From contig JBHGNT010000010.1 of the NCBI GenBank assembly GCA_043228905.1, positions 14,322,001-14,386,000 of the forward strand: a stretch of 64,000 nucleotides of DNA, in the 5' to 3' direction. The translations under genes and the position numbers were made by a program. A model generated the notes under the pieces. It saw nothing but the letters and a program-made list of their open reading frames with translations. It was not told the DNA's origin and searched no databases. How positions within the stretch are numbered: position 1 is the first letter of the stretch; each line of letters begins with the position of its first letter. Source of the DNA: Azolla caroliniana (Eukaryota; Plantae; Polypodiophyta). Of this stretch, positions 51,439-62,807 are shown piece after piece.

Positions 51439-54069
51439 TTAACCGAACTCCATGTTTGGCGAAGAATCCCCTTTGTCCGAGTCGAGTTCTCCCCGGTCCG
51501 CAATCACTTGTCCTACGCAGCCGTACCTACAAAACACTTCTTCCAAAAGAAATTGGCACACCGCGGCACACGTTTTCCTCCGAAGCGCTCGACCTTCAAC
51601 TTGGTTTGTGAGATCTTCTCGAGCTAACACCAAGTATTTCTTTTGTCCAATCCCGGTCGGCATAGCTACAATGTCGACCATCCACTTAAAGTTGATTGTC
51701 GGTGAGAATGTCGGATGCAGCTCATCTCGGTGTCGGACCCCGGAGTAGACTTGACATTTCTCGCAGCTTTCTGTGAACTCCGCGACATCTTTATACATGT
51801 TCTTCCACCAATATCTTTGCTTGATTTTCACAAAAGTTGCCCATGTTCCTCGATGTCCAGCCCAATCGGATTCGTGGAACTCGGACATTATCCGGTTTCG
51901 TTGCTCTTTCGTCCCGACTACTCGAAGTGGTATCCCATCCGGTCTTTTCGGCGTCCTCCATATTAAACCGTTTTCCAAGAAGAACTTTTGGACTTGCCTC
52001 TTCTTCCTTCGGATCTCGGCTCTCCTTTCTTTATTATTGGTTGAATCCTCGACCTCTTGTAGCATCTTCCCGATCATCAAGGTTTCCCCTTCGTATTCTT
52101 CTTCCCGGAATTCTCGGATCACGTTCACTCGGCATATGTGTTCTGACGTGAAGTAGTCTTCGGAAACTTCTTCATTATCTGATTCGGTTATGTCGTCTTC
52201 AAACCGCGCCCTCGATAACATGTCCGCTACCGCGTTGTCCTTCCCCGAGATGTGTCGAACCTCCGGATTAAGTGACTTGACATATGCAATCCACCTTAGC
52301 ATAGCCACATCCGGTATCGTACAACACCGCATCATCCCGAGTATCGGAAGACAATCCGTCTCGATCACCACTTCAGCTCCGATCAAATAATCCCGATCCG
52401 ATTTTATCGCCGACATGACTCCCCACAATTCTCTTTTGACTTGTGCATATCCGCGTTGCCTTTCATTGAGGACCTTTGCTCCAAATCGGATCGGATACCG
52501 CGAACCATCCGAGTCGGCTTGATTGATGACCCACCCGATACCGGTTGGACTTGTATCAACCGTTACTATGATTGGCCGCTCATAGCTTGGCTTCTTAAGT
52601 GATTCTGCCCTCCATAGTGTCTTCTTGAGCTTCCTCATGGCTTTAGTGTGTTCCGATTTCCACTCGAATTTCTTACCTTTCCGCAACAAGTGATAGAGCG
52701 GGTCCGCTATATGTGCATAGTGCGGAATCCATATGTGATAGAATGCACACGCACCCAGAAACCTTCGGACTTCCGATGTTGACTCACATACTTCCTTCAT
52801 AGCTTGAATCGCATCGATCTTTGTTGGTGACGGTCTTCGGCCGTAGGGTCCACATAGATGTCCGACCACCAATATTTCTTCTTGCCCGAATGCCGATTTC
52901 TCCCCGGAAAGTGTTAGGTGCACATCTTCTAGCTTTCGCAACACTTTCTCGCAATCATGAATATGGTCGACCACGAACTTTCGGCATCCCTGATCATCCA
53001 TAGTCTCATCTTTTTCTTCCACCGCGCATCCTTTCATCGGAATGTCATCTAGAAACGGCATCGTTATCTCCGGAATGCAATCTCGAAGCACCTTGTTCAT
53101 CGCGTTCATCATATGTGCAACCGAGTTTGTCGCTCCTTGTGGTAGTGTGCACATTCGAACTAGTCCTATCGGTGTCCGCATGGTAGTGATGTCTCGGCTC
53201 TCCACGGCTAGTTGGAATTGATCATACCCCGAGTATAGGTCCCCGATGGAGTATATCGCACGTCTGGCAAAAGCTTCCGCGAATTCGTCCACTATCGGAC
53301 CGACTCCCGAGTTCCGGATCGTGACCTTGTTCACCGGTTGCAAGTCTTGGATGAATCGGAGTGACCCATTCTTCTTCGGAACCGTAAACCATCGATTTGA
53401 GTACGGAGCACTTGATGGCTCTAGAATCCCCATCGCCACCTTCTCCTTGAGCAAGTCGATGACTTTCGGAATATGCGCCCGTGGCACCGGAATCGGCTTC
53501 AGGTTCCACGGTACATGATCAATCGTGAAGATCACCATCGGCTCCACTATCTTTGGATCAATGCATCCGATCTCCCTCGATGTGAACGCGAATGCTTTGC
53601 CGTGTTGCTCCAACATCTCTCGAAACCGTTTTTCTTCTTCTTGTAAGAGGAACCCACCTCCACCGATCCGAAGTTTCTTCCGGGTCTCATCTGTGAAGGC
53701 ATGTCCGATATGCACGGTCTTCCGAAGTGTCGGATCTCCCGAGACTTCTTTCCTCTTTTGTTCGCTATCGGCGGGTAGTGGTCCCGCGGCCGGTTTCACC
53801 TTCTTCTCCACGGTCTTGTATTTCGTACTTACCATTGCTTCTTCTTTGCGGAGCGCATCCGGCCCCATTTTCGCAACGATCTCGTACATCTCGACCGATT
53901 CCACCGGGACTACCCGGTTCCCTTGGCTTTTATCTTCCGCAAGCTCTTCAAGCCGTTGTAGTGTATTCCCATAGAACACTTCCTCGATCACTCCCACGAT
54001 TTCTTCGTCTTCTTTTATTATTGATGCCGACCGTAACTTATCCTCCACTTGTCGGTATTGTTTTTTCAT
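51439..54069 (-). CDS. Gypsy pol (RT, RNase H, integrase N-terminal part) of element B; integrase continues frameshifted in 50606-51436
   Basis: DLYSGYDQ, LPQGATNS, PFLDD, VDTSPTGIG, IETDCLP, NAVADMLSR, H..GH...CxxC zinc finger, ADRGE, NPEANGKIER, GPY motif. Confidence 0.92.
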   Translation of the reverse strand: MKKQYRQVEDKLRSASIIKEDEEIVGVIEEVFYGNTLQRLEELAEDKSQGNRVVPVESVEMYEIVAKMGPDALRKEEAMVSTKYKTVEKKVKPAAGPLPADSEQKRKEVSGDPTLRKTVHIGHAFTDETRKKLRIGGGGFLLQEEEKRFREMLEQHGKAFAFTSREIGCIDPKIVEPMVIFTIDHVPWNLKPIPVPRAHIPKVIDLLKEKVAMGILEPSSAPYSNRWFTVPKKNGSLRFIQDLQPVNKVTIRNSGVGPIVDEFAEAFARRAIYSIGDLYSGYDQFQLAVESRDITTMRTPIGLVRMCTLPQGATNSVAHMMNAMNKVLRDCIPEITMPFLDDIPMKGCAVEEKDETMDDQGCRKFVVDHIHDCEKVLRKLEDVHLTLSGEKSAFGQEEILVVGHLCGPYGRRPSPTKIDAIQAMKEVCESTSEVRRFLGACAFYHIWIPHYAHIADPLYHLLRKGKKFEWKSEHTKAMRKLKKTLWRAESLKKPSYERPIIVTVDTSPTGIGWVINQADSDGSRYPIRFGAKVLNERQRGYAQVKRELWGVMSAIKSDRDYLIGAEVVIETDCLPILGMMRCCTIPDVAMLRWIAYVKSLNPEVRHISGKDNAVADMLSRARFEDDITESDNEEVSEDYFTSEHICRVNVIREFREEEYEGETLMIGKMLQEVEDSTNNKERRAEIRRKKRQVQKFFLENGLIWRTPKRPDGIPLRVVGTKEQRNRIMSEFHESDWAGHRGTWATFVKIKQRYWWKNMYKDVAEFTESCEKCQVYSGVRHRDELHPTFSPTINFKWMVDIVAMPTGIGQKKYLVLAREDLTNQVEGRALRRKTCAAVCQFLLEEVFCRYGCVGQVIADRGELDSDKGDSSPNMEFG

Positions 54070-54149
54070 TCCTTCGGTTACGGCCGTGTACGTAGATGCC
54101 CCATCCGGGCCGATTCGTACTTGTTTTGCTCCGAGAGTTTTCTTCCTGT

Positions 54150-54213
54150 GTGGGGTATCAGGGTTTCTCGGACTATCACTTCCCCACTCCGCAATAGTCC
54201 GCTTTAAAAATCC
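54150..54213 (-). promoter_or_regulatory. Predicted -1 programmed ribosomal frameshift signal, element B
   Basis: G GAT TTT TAA (54204-54213). The -1 frame is open into the 51439-54069 ORF. Stem CGGACTAT/ATAGTCCG with loop GTGGGG able to pair with CCCCAC. Confidence 0.75.
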
Positions 54214-55329
54214 ATTCTCACTTGGGACAAGAGTTCCTTTCGTGATTTGCCGGCACCGTTAGGAATTGGACGGATTTCCCTCCGTTTTGGCTCCGAATTC
54301 GCGCAAAAGCCGCACCACTATCGAGCACCTTCGTCTCCATCCGTCTTTCCGGAAGTTCGGTCGGAGTGGCTTCCGAGAGTCCATCGAATGAATCCGGTTT
54401 CCCTCGTAGTAGATGAGATCCCGTCGTAGCGCCTCCTTATGGTCGTCGCAATCCCTCCGATCGTGTTCGGCGCTACGCACCATATGCACCGTCGATCCGT
54501 ATATTTGGAGCTTGTGGGGCGGTCATCCGACTTCTTCACCATCGCGATCTTTAGATTCTCCATCTCCTTCAGCAGCTGCTCCACCGTAGACGCGTCGACT
54601 CCCTTCTCGGCCGTAATCTCCCGAGCCCTCGGTTGATGGTCTTCCAATCCCGTTCTCGGTTTCGGAATCGGTTCCGAAACCCTCTTTTCTTCGTTGGCAA
54701 GCCATTGCCCCCTCTTCGTGTACCGCGCGACGATATCCCGCACGCTTTCCCATGTTTCGGTGAGGCCGCTTTCGGTGGTCGTGTCCTCAAGAAGCACTCC
54801 GAGATCTTTCCGGTCCCGGACGTCCACAGCTCGCAAAAACATGATGACTTTGTCCGGTGCAAGAATAGTTTGATCTCTCGCGGACAACCTCCCGAACCGA
54901 CTTTCGAATGTCGAAAACACTTCGAGGACCTTCAACCCCTTACCTGACGTTTCCACCCAATCCTCGAATCCCCTCCGCGTTGCCTTGGAGGAGTCCTCGA
55001 TGGCAAACGTGGTCTTTAACGCCTCTTCGAATGCTTCCCACGTCGGATTTTGTTGTTGCAACCCGTGGATACTCCCTTGAAGCGCGTCGGTCGCCACCCG
55101 GTTAAAGGATGTCACTTGCAGTCCTTCCGAAGCCCGGCACCGGAGCATCTCCGCCTTGTAGTCCTGCAAATATCGCGACACATCCTTACCATTAAATTGC
55201 CCGTTGCGTTGCACGAGCCGCTCTACTGATGCCGAAATCTCCGACATCGTGCGTTGTTCTTGAAGCATCCGTTCGAACATCGCCATCATATTGTTAGCTT
55301 GTTGAGCCTCCATCTCCTTGCCACCCGTT

Positions 55330-55347
55330 TTCACGTCGGGTTCACCA
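55330..55347 (-). promoter_or_regulatory. Primer-binding site complementary to the tRNA-Trp 3' end (element B; same at 56356-56373 in A)
   Basis: Plus strand ttcacgtcgggttcacca equals the 3'-terminal 18 nt of plant cytosolic tRNA-Trp plus CCA as I recall it. Lies 3-4 bp from the LTR. Confidence 0.85.
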
Positions 55348-57028
55348 ACTGTGTCGTGCCTTTCGGCTCCGGATCGTTGCGTGAGTCGGGTGGGAACCAC
55401 AGAGGTCTTGGACTAGGAGAAAGAAGTTCGTGAGATAGAGATTAATTATGAGTAAATAGCAAAGAGAAAGATAAGAAACTCGTGAATCACACGAGTATAC
55501 TATATTAATTGGTACTTAGGGTGTTAAGAGAGACGTAGATGTATAAATCGTGAATCCCACGAATAAATTTCGTATTGATTAATACTTAATCCAAATAATC
55601 AACAACCCTTTACATATTTCTCTCCTCCTTATATAAGGAAGGAAGAGCTAAGCATGGCTTCATGTTTTTTTTTTACAAAAAGTGTTCATGTCCACTAAAT
55701 GTGCATGTGATGCTTTTTTTATTTCCTAAGTATAGGGCTCATGCACGCTAGATGTGCATGAGTTATTTTTTAGTGTCTCGTCTTTTTCATATATTAAAAA
55801 ATACACGATTTACCTTGTAATAAAGGTATGCATAAATAAAGGTCTTATACATATTAAATCTATATTTAAAGCACTTAAGATAAGTTAATGTAATGGTAAG
55901 GTTGGGGTTTGTCAACGTGGAGGTGCAGAGTTCAAATCACGCCCTGCGCAGTAGTGAGTATTTCCTTTCTTTTTACTTTTATGTCTCTTTATCCGGCTCT
56001 TCCTTGCCGGTATGCCGTTTTCTTCCTTGCCGGTATGCCGTTTTTCCTCCTTGCCGGTATGCCGTTTTCTTCCGGTTCTCACCGAGCACTCCATTCTCTA
56101 TCCGGAGGGACAAAAATATAATTTCCACATAGTGTGCAACCTACACTACGACACCGCATCAGCATTTCTGCCCCGTAGGACGCCAAATACTTCGTGGCAT
56201 CCTTTCCGCTGAACCGGCCGATCGTACCGACGACCACCTCAATGGCTCTGTCGAGGGCGTCGGTGCCCTCGCGTGCGCTCAATATCCGATCCACGGCCGA
56301 AGCCATGGGCTCCGCAAGATCCGACCCCTTCATCTTCTGCTCTTCTGCCGCCTCCTTCACGTCGGGTTCACCAAGATGTCGAGGTATTCCTCGCGGATGC
56401 GTGGAATGAGGCGGGACCTCGGGGTCTTGTACCGAAGAGCAAGAGAGAAAGGAGAAGGGAAGAGACCCACTAGGTGCGAGCGTAGATCCACAGGGACACG
56501 GCCCTTCGACACGAAGACGCGAGCGGGAAACCAACACAGAGAGACACGAAGGTATGTATGTATATATTAACAGAGACAAACAACAAGAAGCACGAAGTTG
56601 GTTACAACCGAATAGGCCGGCGAACAGATGCTGATGCCTGTTCGTAAACGCACAGAAAGGAAAGAGTAGGTTGGAGGTGCTGCCGGAAGCACTCGGGCAT
56701 TCCTCAGAGCAGCGCGAGCCGCCCGAAACCTGCACAGCAAGAAGCTACGGAGTTTGCGAGCGAGAGAGAGAGAGAAGCCTCCGACCCACAAACCGACAGC
56801 ACTTCGTCCTCGACTCTCCGCGATCCCCTTCCTCCTCCTCGTCTCCCTCCTTTTATAGGCAAGAAGGGAGCCGTTTCCTATTAACTTCCTACCTACCGAA
56901 TCTACCTACCTAGGATCTTCCATGTCCCTAATTCTCTCTTATGTATATCACAAGGCGTACGTGCATGAAGAGCCGGTTCCTATGCTCCGGCGCACCGATT
57001 CTGCTCGTGGACGGTTTTCTTCACGACA

Positions 57029-58083
57029 TCGTGTGAGAGCCAAGTATTCTAACGAAATAGACGAAAATGGCTCACATCTTGTGCACTATTTTTTTTTGCA
57101 ATCATTGATTAGAAAAATATAATATTTATCTTTTGTGCAAGCAACAACGAAAAACTGAAGATTATTCTAACACACTCTCGTTTTTAAGATTTAATAATTT
57201 CAAGGGTTTTTATCTATGCCACATTAACTCATGATATATCATATATCTACTTGATTACAATGGAATTCATTTAGTAAATGAATTAGTTTGTTACAAATAA
57301 AAAAACATGGTGCAATGCTCATAGACTGTTAACCATTATTCTGAAATTTATGCGTATTGTTTAAAATTGTATCGAGTTATCCAAACTATAATTGTTGGTG
57401 TACCAATTTGTCGTACCAATGTTGACGAAAAACCACAACTAAATATACTGCTTCTTCTTGGCCCAAACAACGTAATGTTTTGTGAAATTTCATTTCAAAA
57501 CTTGTACTATTAATTGAATAATGGGATTAAATTTAGAAATTGATGTTAGGAGAAAAAAATCAAAGAAAAGTTCTTTATCAATCCTCCATACATAATATTG
57601 ATTATTTTATTAATTGTACATTATTGTAACAACTACTTTAGGTCTTGAGTTTTTGAGTTATCGAATAGTTAAGAAATGACATGCGTCACAAAATTTGATA
57701 TATGATATTGTCTTTTCCATTGGTGGGAGTTGAACCCAGGTCTCTCGGGTGAGAGCCGAGTATCCTAACCAACTAGACTACAATGGATCACATCTTGTGT
57801 GCTTTTTAATATTGCAATCATTGGTTATTAATAAATAATATTTATATATTGCGTAAGCATTAACGAAAAACTGAGGATTATTGTAACACATTGTCATTTT
57901 TAAGATTTAATAATTTCAAGGGTTTTTATCTGACCCACATGAACTTATGATCTATGATGTATCTAGTGTTGTCATTGCCTGTAGTTGTACCCGGGCGTGT
58001 CGGGTAAAAAAGCAATGATCCGAACCAACTAGACTACAATGGAATTCATTTAGTAAATAAATTAGTTAATGTAATATTCTAGT
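57029..58083. repeat. Diverged continuation of the tRNA-Glu array
   Basis: Same blocks (aaaactgagg, catggtgcaatgctc, ttatccaaactataattgttggtgtac) with many substitutions. Contains tRNA relics at 57029-57071 and about 57969-58043. Confidence 0.9.
57715..57787 (-). tRNA. trnE-CUC: tRNA-Glu(CTC), diverged copy with a T-stem C:C mismatch; function uncertain
   Basis: Acceptor, D and anticodon arms intact. T arm CTGGG-TTCAACT-CCCAC. T4 terminator 21 nt downstream. Confidence 0.75.
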
Positions 58084-58089
58084 CGTCTC

Positions 58090-59505
58090 CTTAGGACACA
58101 CCAACTGTGTACTTGTGTTTCCAGTTTTGAAAATTAGAATTGCGTTCTATTTACATAATTGTATTATTAGTCCATCTACAGTTGCTTGTCCAATTGATAA
58201 TAGGTGTTTAGCTAGTCCTAGTACATAATAGACATTTGGGACTGTAATCACGTGATTGTCTGACAATCTGAGTTCAATAGTTCCTTTTCCAATTGTTGTT
58301 TTTCGTTTGTTGTCTCCAAAAGTAACTGATAGTGGATTGGAAAGAATCTTATAGCAATTCAACTAGTCCTTTCGATATGTGAGGTGATGTGTAGTACTAG
58401 TGTCTAGGTACCATGTATCATGTTCGGTTTTTGTCTCTTCTGTAGTGACATGGTATGCTTGCAAAATATTGTCATCTTCTGGTATTTCATCCAAATTCTA
58501 TTTATTCTTTTGACTTCAAGTTTGATTTGTCTTCTAATGTTGCATTATTTTCTTGTGATCGTCTTTTGTTCTCTGCAACTTGCTTCAATCGACATGCCCT
58601 TTCTGTATGCCCTTCTTTCTTACAATATCTGCAAATCAGTTTGAAACCACCATTGGATTGTTTTGTTGAAGCTTTCCAAGCATCATTTACCTTGTTGGTA
58701 CTTGATATTTCTGCATTTCTGTAAGCATCCAATTTAGCTCTATATCTATTATTATAAGATGATTTTTGTGTTCTGCTAAATGTTACAGTCATTGCCAAAG
58801 ATGGAGTGGATTCTTTTAATTGCCGCCGAAGTTTTTCATGGCGGATCTTGGTAATCAAATCAGACAAAGAATTACCTTGGCTATTCATTGTGACAAACGT
58901 GCTCCAGGATTCTAGAAGTTTACTCAATAGGAGCTCAATCTTCATTTCTTTTGAGATTTCATTTCCCGCAATGATAGCTTCTTCGAGATATATCTCCCAG
59001 GTATCCAAGAAGGTAAGAACATTTTCTTCTTCCTGCAAAACCCACATGTGAAACAAGGTAGGAAGAGTATGGATTCTAGTAGTACCATCTTGTGGTTCAA
59101 ACATCTATTTTACTTTGGACCACATTTCTGTTGTAGTTGTGAGTTTTCGAATGCCATCAGCTTGCTTGTCTTCTACATGTAGCAGTGTTTCAAGCTTTGC
59201 CCTTTTGTCTTTGTTTTTCCAATCTTTCCATGCTTTTGATTGTGTATTTTTTTGTGCTTGACAAGTTTCGGTGATGACTTCAAGTAGCTCCTCCAAATCA
59301 AGTAGTAGCTCCATCCTTGGTTTCCAAATTCTGTAGTTTTTTGCGGTAAGTCTATCTACCGAGTATTTTCTTGTTTAAGTGGAGCTTGCCATAATGTTGA
59401 GGCTATTATCTTTTTTTTATTATATGTTTATATTGATCAACAAAAGTAGAGTATGGTGCGGGTAATATATTTTCAGGCTTCATACTATTGATTCTCTGAT
59501 ACCAT
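58090..59505 (-). mobile_element. Degenerate AT-rich Ty1/copia 5' part (PBS, gag, protease)
   Basis: PBS ctctgatacca at 59494-59504 next to TG at 59505. Gag with CRYCKKEGHTERAC. Protease WYLDTSTTHH and V.FGDN....IGKG...NVYYV..L.KHLLSIGQ. LTR extent not determined. Confidence 0.8.
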
Positions 59506-61501
59506 GTTTTTTTACTATTAATAACTTGTGGTGTGGGGTTATATTTAGTAATTAACGAAGTAGTTGCTCACTATCAGCTAATTAGTTATTTATAACTTCT
59601 AACAATTGTGACCAAACAAGTAACTTATAATTACAATGCTCAATTATATATGTGTTTATAAGAATGGGACAAGTGCACTCACTCACTCACTAAATGCATA
59701 GCGTTTCAAGCTAATGTTAAGGCATATTGTGCATGGGATAGCTTGACGAAAGCCAAAGCCAAAGACAAAGCCAAAACGCGAAGGATCCTCATCTCATCTA
59801 CGTCATCCATCAACTGGAGAGCTAACTCCACATAACACACTATGCATGCATGCATGCATGTACGTATGTATGTATGTATACCAAGATAGAGGGTTTGGAG
59901 GTCGGTGGGTACCTGCCTAGAAGAGTGAGCGATATAATTTAATTAATTAGGAGAAAGCAACAAGGAGAGAAGCCAAGAGAATCCGGAGTGAAAATATCCG
60001 AAGATGAAGCAAATCACCAAATGCCCGTGACATTGTGGAGGAAGAAAACAATTACACAACCAACAAGTGATGATGAACCAAGAAAGTCAGAAAAGATCTA
60101 GAGCTAACTAACCAGATAGATAGGTAGATAGATAGATGCAGAGCAAAAGGCCCAGATCGATCGATCTCACCAAATGCCCCCCCAATAGAGATTATACATC
60201 TATTTACCATCCATGCATATACGTGAATACTGGGTTAAACATTTCTATATATATAATATCCATGCTTTTAGGAGGGCCATACTTTTAAATGGCACAATTG
60301 AAATGTAGTTGGTAGTGGAATGTAATTAAATTGCATAGAGATTGAATATAAAGGAAATGGAGCCAACAATTTGGAACATGTAATATTATTATGCTTCATG
60401 GCTTTGAGGATGACAAGGGGGATGAATAACATCATAACCATTGCACGGTTATCCCACTATTTGATGCGTATTTAAGCCTGTGGACGAAATGAAAAATATC
60501 TCAAGAATAGGCATAATGGTTACAATGCCCATTTCTTTCTAATTTGGCATTCATTCATGTTCTTATTTAGTTATGGGTTTTGAAAACTACACAGCATTAA
60601 GATTCAAACTACTATGCCGTTCCACACCTTCCATTAAGTGTCCAATGCTTTCACGACTACTAGCATTCATACATATACAAGAAGCTTATACAGCAACTAC
60701 AAACTAAGCTATCACATGCCTGAACTGAGACAAAAGAATCCTAACATAGCAATAAGAGTTGTGCAAGTCCACTAAATAGTGAAAAGATAAAGAGTGGCAA
60801 GGATAATAAAACATACTGAATTCCTCTATGAGTGTCTCCACAGCTTGGCTTCTACAAGCAGTAGCTTTTTCACAATTCAAACTAGGCAACAGAAATTGTG
60901 ATATTCACCCTTGAAAAAGTCCTGAATTTTCAACACAATTCATAACTTGCTACGCAAATGCTCACACAGAATATAATGGCTGAACATATAGGTATTAATC
61001 TTCTAAGCACAGGGAAGTCACACAAACCAGGAGCACACAAATTTATACTGAGTGGCACTTAATCTATATATGTTTTTGGCGTATGAACTTAGTCACAAAA
61101 GTCCAACAAAACCCAATCAGTCGATGTATACTTTGCAGGTGGATAATGAATAATAAATAAAGGTGAAATGCAAGAGTATTACAAAAAGAAATTTCAGACT
61201 TCGAAATACTACAAAACTTGGCAATTGTTACTCATGTGCGAGCTTCACCACTACCAAATGTTATGGTTAATATCTCCCAATGAAAATTGCTCAGCTTTCT
61301 GTCACCAGCAAAATTGTTAACTTACACAAATTTGTATTACTTGCTATGAAAATTCAATACTCAGAATACAAGTGACCCCTTAGAATTTTGGTGAAAACTA
61401 ATTTGGAAAATGTTTTTTTTCTAATTAGAACGAAACTGTTGAGGACGTATATCTCGACTCAGATGTCATGTTCAAAAAAGAAAAAGAAACACTTTTCCAG
61501 C

Positions 61502-62002
<501 letters not shown>

Positions 62003-62258
62003 CTACATCCAATGCATAAAACATGGTTATAATATGGAATTCCCTTCTAATCCATTACTGCAAACTTACAGTTCCTTAAGGTCACAATTAAAATTTGTAC
62101 AGATCCTACATCTTCATTTATGGATGTCGTGTCTCTGCAAACCAATTATTGACTATAGGACCAAAAAATGTGTGCAAGATTCCTCAACAACCTTTAGCAA
62201 ATGTGAACATTAAAAGAGAGCATATATCCAATGTTTGATTCAAAAACTATTATTTTCA

Positions 62259-62483
<225 letters not shown>

Positions 62484-62572
62484 CTAGTATAAGAGAAAGA
62501 GAGAATATCAAAATGTTCAGACTACAAATATTTATGTATCAGCAATCCATAACTCACATTCACGCATGTTAC

Positions 62573-62746
62573 CTTTCCTTGCCCTTGACTCCCATTTGCC
62601 TTCTGAGAATGAATGAGATCCATCAACATGCTTCGTTTCTCTTGATCCAGAACATATTCAACCCTTTGGGCAAATAGATCAGTGCTCGAACCCACTCTTC
62701 CAACAGCCAAGAAGATATAATTAGACAAGAAATCTGCAGCCAGCCT
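62573..62746 (-). CDS. DEAD-box helicase internal exon
   Basis: AG/GT-bounded 174-bp exon RLAADFLSNYIFLAVGRVGSSTDL...KRSMLMDLIHSQ...GK. Confidence 0.9.
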
Positions 62747-62807
62747 CTGCCAAAACAAATCACTTAATCTCTCACTCCATGATGTTGGTGATTTTTTATT
62801 GCAAACA

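Larger units (their letters stand above)
49794..56153 (-). mobile_element. Ty3/gypsy element B (same lineage as A) nested in gag of A, with most of the protease deleted
   Basis: LTRs 49794-50618 and 55352-56153 differ by one 23-bp repeat unit and about one SNP. TSD CCAC/CCGC. PPT 50619-50630. tRNA-Trp PBS 55330-55347. gag 54318-55400. Confidence 0.95.
32924..57028 (-). mobile_element. Ty3/gypsy element A (about 6.9 kb own sequence) carrying three nested full-length elements
   Basis: LTRs 32924-33576 and 56377-57028 (TGTCG...CGACA, roughly a dozen differences). 4-bp TSD TCGT. PPT after 33576. PBS at 56356-56373. Domain order gag (48628-49793 plus 56154-56330), protease VDHGSEINL (47947-48594), RT FLDD, RNase H, integrase. 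Frameshifted. Confidence 0.95.

Noticed and set aside
35160-55105. Numerous antisense and alternate-frame ORFs over gag-pol regions
   Set aside because: Shadows of GC-rich retroelement coding sequence with no independent motifs.
59700-60300. Possible promoter and 5' UTR exon of a minus-strand gene (TA tract at about 60246, donor-like site at about 59910)
   Set aside because: No associated coding exon found. The microsatellite-rich sequence cannot be assigned.
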